In this document: piece by piece, positions 58,784-64,000 of the stretch
Layout: every line of letters starts with the position of its first letter
How positions within the stretch are numbered: the first letter of the stretch is position 1
Assembly: GCA_963816185.1 (NCBI GenBank)
Contig: CAWFJJ010000028.1
Location: 320,001-384,000, forward strand
Direction: 5' to 3'
DNA length: 64,000 nt
From: Thermoanaerobaculia bacterium
GTDB lineage: Bacteria > Acidobacteriota > Thermoanaerobaculia > UBA5066
Program-made: the position numbers and the translations under genes
The notes under the pieces: generated by a model
Seen by the model: the letters and a program-made list of their open reading frames with translations, nothing else
Database searches by the model: none
What the model was told of the DNA's origin: nothing

Positions 58784-58879
58784 GAAAGCGGACGTCGTGC
58801 CTACCCGCCCGGGGCGTCAGCGTGACCGGTCATCTTAGCACCGCATCGGCGGCGGCGGGGGTCCGCTATCATCCTGCGC

Positions 58880-59740
58880 GTGTCAGCGGCCGTCCCGATT
58901 TTCGACGCGCACATTCACGTCGGCCCGCACGATCGGATGAACGAAGGGGCCCGCCGCATCATGCTGGACGGGCGAGACGATCTCGACCTCCTCGAGCGGG
59001 TCATGGGCTCGGCGGACGAGCTCCTCCGGGCGATGGATGCCGAGGGCATCGCGCGCGCGGCTCTCATCAACTCCGTGGCTCCCGACACCCTCGGAATCAC
59101 CGACATGGTGAACCCCTGGATCGCGCGATACGTGGAGGGTCACCGCGACCGGCTCGTTCCGGTCGGAGGGATCCACCCGCGGCACTCCCGCGACGTCGCC
59201 CAAGACATGAAGAAGCTGCTCGACGTCTACCGTCTGGGCGCGATCAAGCTCCACCCGCCCCACATGGAGATGGCCGCGAATGCGTACCGGACGGACTGCC
59301 CCTCCCTCGCCGACGTCTACCGCCTGGCGGGGGAGGCCAACCGGCCGGTCCTGATCCACACGGGGACTTCCATTTTTCCCGGCGCGCGCAACGTCTATGC
59401 GGACCCGATGGCGTGCGACGACGTGGCCGTCGACTTCCCCGGGACCACGCTCGTTCTCTGCCACGCCGGCCGCCCTCTTTGGTACGAGACGGCGTTCTTC
59501 CTCGCGAGGCGCCATCCGAACGTCCTGCTCGACCTCTCGGGCATCCCGCCGCGGAAGCTCCTCGAGGTCCTTCCCCGGATCTCCGAGATCGCCGATCGCG
59601 TCTTGTGGGGAACCGACTGGCCCTCGAAGGGCGTCCGCTCGATGCGCCGGAACGTCGACGATTTCCTGGCGCTTCCCCTTTCGGACTCGGTGCGGCGGAA
59701 GATCCTGTTCGACAACGCGGCCGCGCTCTTTCCGGTCTGA
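58880..59740 (+). CDS. Amidohydrolase_2 family metal-dependent hydrolase
   Basis: DAHIHV, IKLHP, IHTG, CHAGRP, LWGTDWP, ILFDNA. Confidence 0.85.
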   Translation: MSAAVPIFDAHIHVGPHDRMNEGARRIMLDGRDDLDLLERVMGSADELLRAMDAEGIARAALINSVAPDTLGITDMVNPWIARYVEGHRDRLVPVGGIHPRHSRDVAQDMKKLLDVYRLGAIKLHPPHMEMAANAYRTDCPSLADVYRLAGEANRPVLIHTGTSIFPGARNVYADPMACDDVAVDFPGTTLVLCHAGRPLWYETAFFLARRHPNVLLDLSGIPPRKLLEVLPRISEIADRVLWGTDWPSKGVRSMRRNVDDFLALPLSDSVRRKILFDNAAALFPV

Positions 59741-59832
59741 CGGCATGATGACCGCGCCTGCAGATTCCCGTTAGACTTCTTCCATCTTGTCCCTGACAGC
59801 CGGGACGAAACTGGGGCCTTACGAGACGCTCT

Positions 59833-59875
59833 CCGGGGGGCGCCTTCGGCCGCCCCCCGGTACCCCCCGCGGGGT
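59833..59875. repeat. REP-like double hairpin (cUUCGg-capped 10-bp stem plus a small stem)
   Basis: CCGGGGGGCG-c-CTTCGG-c-CGCCCCCCGG (59833-59860) followed by ACCCC-ccgc-GGGGT. Confidence 0.55.
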
Positions 59876-59885
59876 GACGATCTGA

Positions 59886-62535
59886 GTCTGGTCTGCGGCG
59901 CACAAGTTAGGTCCCTACGAGATCCTCGCGCCGCTCGGCGCGGGCGGGATGGGCGAGGTTTATCGGGCGCGGGACCAGAAGCTCGACCGGGATGTCGCGA
60001 TCAAGGTGCTGCCGGAAGCCGTCGCCGCCGATGCGGACGCGCTGGCGAGGTTCGAGCGGGAGGCCAAGGCGGTCGCGGCGCTCTCGCACCCGAACATCCT
60101 CGCGATCTCACGACTTCGGAACGCACGACGGCATCGCCTATGCCGTCATGGAGCTTGCTCGAAGGCGAGACGCTGCGCGGCAAGCTCGACGCCGGACCGA
60201 TCCCGCAGAAGCAGGCCGTGGACTACGCCGCTGCAGATCGCGAAGGGCCTCTCCGCCGCCCACGAGAAGGGGATCGTCCACCGGGACCTGAAGCCCGAGA
60301 ACCTCTTCGTCCCGAAGGACGGCCACGTGAAGATCCTCGACTTCGGCCTGGCAAAGAGAGTCGAGGCGGTCAGCCCCGGAGCGAGGAGACGAGCGCGCCG
60401 ACGGTCTCGGGTCACACGGAGCCCGGGACGGTCATGGGCACGATGGGCTACATGTCGCCCGAGCAGGTGCGGGGGCTCCCCGTCGATCACCGCTCGGACA
60501 TCTTCTCGTTCGGGGCGATCCTCTACGAGATGCTTCGGGCAAGAAGGCGTTCAAGAGGGACACGGCGAGCGACACGATGGCGGCGATCCTGCGGGACGAG
60601 CCGCCGGAGCTCTCGGGGTCGGGACGGAACATCTCGTCCGCTCTCGACAGCATCGTCCGGCATTGCCTGGAGAAGGACCGGGACAACCGTTTTCAGTCGG
60701 CGAAGGACATCGTGTTCGCGCTCTCGGAGCAGTCCTCGGCGACCGTCGACGAGCGGCGCGCGGCTGGCGGCGCCACCGGCCGGAAAGAGGATCGTCCTCG
60801 GCGCCGTTGCGGCCCTCGCCGTTCTCGCGGTCGCTGGCATCTTCCTCCTGCGCCGGCCGCACACGACGTCGGGCGGGATCGGGGGCGTGAAGCGCCTGGC
60901 CGTGCTGCCGTTCGAGAACGTGGGAGCTCCCCAGGACGAGTATTTCGCCGACGGCATGGCCGACGCCGTGCGCGGCAAGCTCACGTCGCTTGCCGGGCGT
61001 CGAGGTGATTGCCAGAGCCAGCTCGACCCCGTACAAGAAGACGACGAAGACGCCGAAGCAGATCGCCCGACGAGCTCGACGCGAGATATCTGCTGACGGC
61101 GACCGTGCGCTGGGAGAAGAGCGGAGGCACGAGCCGCGTGCAGGTCAGCCCGGAGCTGGTCGAGGTGAACGAGCCCGGCGCCGCCACCTCGAGGTGGCAG
61201 CAGCCCTTCGACGCGGCGCTGACGGATGTCTTCCAGGTGCAGTCGGACATCGCGACGCGCGTGGCGCAGGCTCTCGATGTCGCGCTCGGGGCGGGCGACG
61301 AGAAGCGGCTTGCGGAGAACCCCACGCAGAACCTGGCCGCCTACGACGCCTTCCTGAAGGGCGAGGAAGTCTCGAGGAGCATGGCCATCAACGATCCGGC
61401 CAGCCTGCGCAAGGCGCTCGGGCTCTACGAGCAAGCCGTGGCCCTCGATCCCGGCTTCGCGCGGGCCTGGGCGCAGATTTCCAAAGCCGACTCGATCCTG
61501 TACGGCAACAGCGTGCCGACGCCGGAGCTGGCCGAGCGCGCGCGCCAGGCAGCGGAGAAGGCGGTCGCCCTCGCGCCAGACCAGCCCGACGGATACCTGG
61601 CCCTCGGCACCTACATGCGCGTGGTCGTCGCGGACCTCAGCCGCGCGCTGGAGCAGTACGCGAAGGGGCGGCGCGTTGCGCCTGGCAACGCCGACTTGCT
61701 CAGGGCAACCGCGTTGACCGAGCAGAGCCTCGGACACTGGGACGCGGCGGTGGAGCACTTCAAGCAGGCAGAGCGCCTCGATCCCCGGTCGATCAACAAC
61801 AAGTGGACGCTCGGCATCGCGCTGCTTCGTCTGAGGCGATATCCCGAAGCGCGCGAAGCCTTCGACCGCGGGCTCGCCCTCGCGCCCGCAAACCTCACCC
61901 TGATCGAGCAAAAGGCGATGACGTTCCTCGGGGAGGGAGATCTCGCGGGAGCGCGATCCGTGTTGCACGCCGTGCCCAAAGAGGTCGAGCCCACGGCAAT
62001 GGTGTCCTATCTGGCGACTTACTTCGATCTCGTCTGGGTCCTCGACGAGGAGCAGCGTGAGCTGCTTCTGCGTCTGACACCGAGCGCCTTCGACAACAAC
62101 AGGGGGGCCTGGAGCCTCTGCCTCGTCCAAGCCTATGCGCTCAAGGGCGATGCGGCCAACGTACGCTCCCACGCCGAGGAAGCGAGAAAGGCCTTCCAGC
62201 AGCAGCTTCTCGCCGCGCCACAGGACCCGCAGCTTCACATCCTGCTCGGCCTCGCACTCGCCTACCTCGGCCAGAAAGACGAAGCGATCCGAGAGGGAGA
62301 ACGCGGTGTCGCGCTCCTGCCCGTGACCAAAGATGCGTACCTCGGTCCCTATCTCGAGCACCAGCTCGTGCGCATCTACATCCTCGTCGGCGAGCCGGAA
62401 AAGGCGCTCGACCAGCTGGAGCCGCTCCTGAAGATCCCGTACGTCCTCTCGCCCGGCTGGCTCAGGATCGACCCGAATTTCGACCCGCTGCGCAAGAACC
62501 CGAGGTTCCAAAGGCTCGTCGAGAGGGCGAAATGA
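59886..62535 (+). CDS. Ser/Thr protein kinase with TolB-N-like and TPR domains (frameshifted; start unclear)
   Basis: [48 protein letters not shown], TPRs, [11 protein letters not shown]. Confidence 0.85.
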
Positions 62536-64000
62536 CCCTCGCGTCCGGAACGCGGCTCGGGCCCCTACGAGATCCTCGCGCCGCTCGGCGCAGGCGGGAT
62601 GGGGGAGGTTTACCGGGCGAGAGACACGCGGCTCGCGCGGGAGGTCGCGGTCAAGGTGCTGCCGGAAGAGTTCTTCGAAGAGCGAAGAGAAGCGGCAGAG
62701 GTTCGAGCGGGAAGCGAAGCTGCTGGCCTCGCTGAACCATCCCAACATCGCGGTCATCTACTCATTCGAAGAAATCCCCGCTTCCTCTCGTCCTCGTCGC
62801 GACACCTCCTGGTCATGGAGCTGCTCGAAGGCGAGACGCTGTCGGAGCGGCTCGCGAAAGGGCCGCTGCCGCTCGACCAGGCGTTGCGGTATCGGCGGGG
62901 AGATCGCGCGAGGCGCTCGACAAGGCCCACCGCCGGGGGATCGTCCACCGGGACCTCAAGCCCGGCAACGTGATGCTGACGAAGTCGGGCGTGAAGCTGC
63001 TCGACTTCGGGCTCGCGAAGGCAGATCGCGCCGGACGCGCCGAACGGCGCGCTGTCGGCGCTGCCGACGCAGACAGGTCACTGACGGCGGAGGGCGCCGT
63101 CATCGGGACGTTCGCAGTACATGGCGCCGGAGCAGCTGGAAGGGAAGGAGGCCGACGCGCGGACCGACATCTTCGCGTTCGGCGCCGTGCTCTACGAGAT
63201 GGCGACCGGGAGGAGGGCGTTCGCGGGGGCGAGCCGGGCTTCGCTGGTCGCGGCGATCATGTCGAGCGAGCCCACCGTCGATCTCCTCGATTCAGCCCGA
63301 CGACGCCGCCGGCGCTCGACCGCTCGTGAAGACGTGCCTCGCGAAGGACCCCGACGACCGCTGGCAGAGCGCCGGAGATGTCGCCAGGGAGTTGAAATGG
63401 ATCGCGGAGGGCTCGGCGCCGGCTGGCGCCGCCTCTCCGGCCGTCGCCGGCGCCGCAGTCGCCGCGAGGGCTCGCGTGGGCCGTCGCGGCGCTGCGCGAT
63501 CGTCGCTCGGCGCTTTGCGGCGCCTCCTGTCTCGCCGGTCGCCGGCGCCCGAGGAGCTGACGCGCTTCACGATCATGCCGCCCTCCGGCCAGGGCTTCCT
63601 GCGGATGGTCACGCTCTCTCCGGACGCGCGGCGCATTGCTGTTCCTTCTCCAGGACGAGGGAGGAAGAACCTCGATCGCGGTTCGCCCGCTCGACAGCCT
63701 CGAGACCCGGCGGCTGCCGGGCACCGAGGACGCCCGCGGCATGTTCTGGTCGCCCGACGGCCGCGAGATCGCTTTCTTCTCGGAAGGGAGGCTGAAGCGC
63801 ATGGGCGCGGACGGCGGCCCCGTCCAGACGATCTGCGAGAGCGGGGGCGCGTTCTCCGGCGCGTGGGGCCGCCAGGGCACGATCCTCTTCACGAAGGAGT
63901 TCGGCGACCCCATCGTCGCCGTCTCCGCGGCAGGAGGCACGCCTCGGCCGGTCACGGCGCTCGACCCGGCGCGTGGCGAAGTCGCGCACTTCCATCCCGC
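62532..64000 (+). CDS. Ser/Thr protein kinase with PD40/WD40-like propeller (frameshifted, truncated by the window)
   Basis: [59 protein letters not shown]. Confidence 0.82.

Noticed and set aside
56063-58825. Very long antisense ORFs (920 aa here; also 31387..33336, 33897..36044, 43892..45784, 60523..62757)
   Set aside because: Shadow ORFs opposite well-supported genes, expected in high-GC DNA, with no motifs.
59883-59885. In-frame TGA as selenocysteine or readthrough
   Set aside because: The hairpin lies upstream of the TGA rather than downstream, the position is non-catalytic, and the region is error-prone.
1-64000. CRISPR arrays, tRNA/rRNA, integrases, transposases, defence or phage genes
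   Set aside because: No repeat-spacer periodicity or diagnostic motifs seen by eye. Small RNAs could have been missed without covariance searches.

Overview
High-GC bacterial DNA, probably Acidobacteriota (Thermoanaerobaculia-like). The taxon is inferred from the '[19 protein letters not shown]' Ser/Thr kinases, the DUF4388 protein and the general gene content. Many apparent frameshifts look like long-read indel errors, most densely at about 20.5-29.5 kb and 59.9-64 kb. No tRNA, rRNA, CRISPR array, transposase or phage gene was recognised. Layout: (1) 1-11.6 kb is mixed housekeeping/accessory genes (GGDEF-EAL, MenG/UbiE, hydrolases, DUF2891, TauE, ligase-less LigD, DUF4388). (2) 11.7-20.4 kb is a porin divergent from an operon of OFA-type MFS, two family-III CoA-transferases, four small unknown proteins and an aryl-CoA-ligase-like enzyme. 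(3) 20.5-37.3 kb is a sigma54-driven Hmc-like membrane redox complex with an NrfD-hexaheme fusion, its regulators, and a TauE/TIGR02186/PEP-utiliser/CMK-like module. (4) 37.4-59.7 kb is a CoA-centred cluster: branched-chain ABC transporter, FlK-like thioesterase, ADP-forming acyl-CoA ligase, GNAT-HDAC fusion, two AcuB, AcuC, three tandem U32 proteins beside MarR, enoyl-CoA hydratase and Pat acetyltransferase. (5) Two Ser/Thr kinases close the window. The best candidates for an undescribed system are the three-gene U32 module with complementary Cys-to-acid ligand substitutions (a possible O2-independent hydroxylase for a small molecule) and the CoA-transferase operon. These two clusters share a paralogous unknown small protein, found here by manual alignment.
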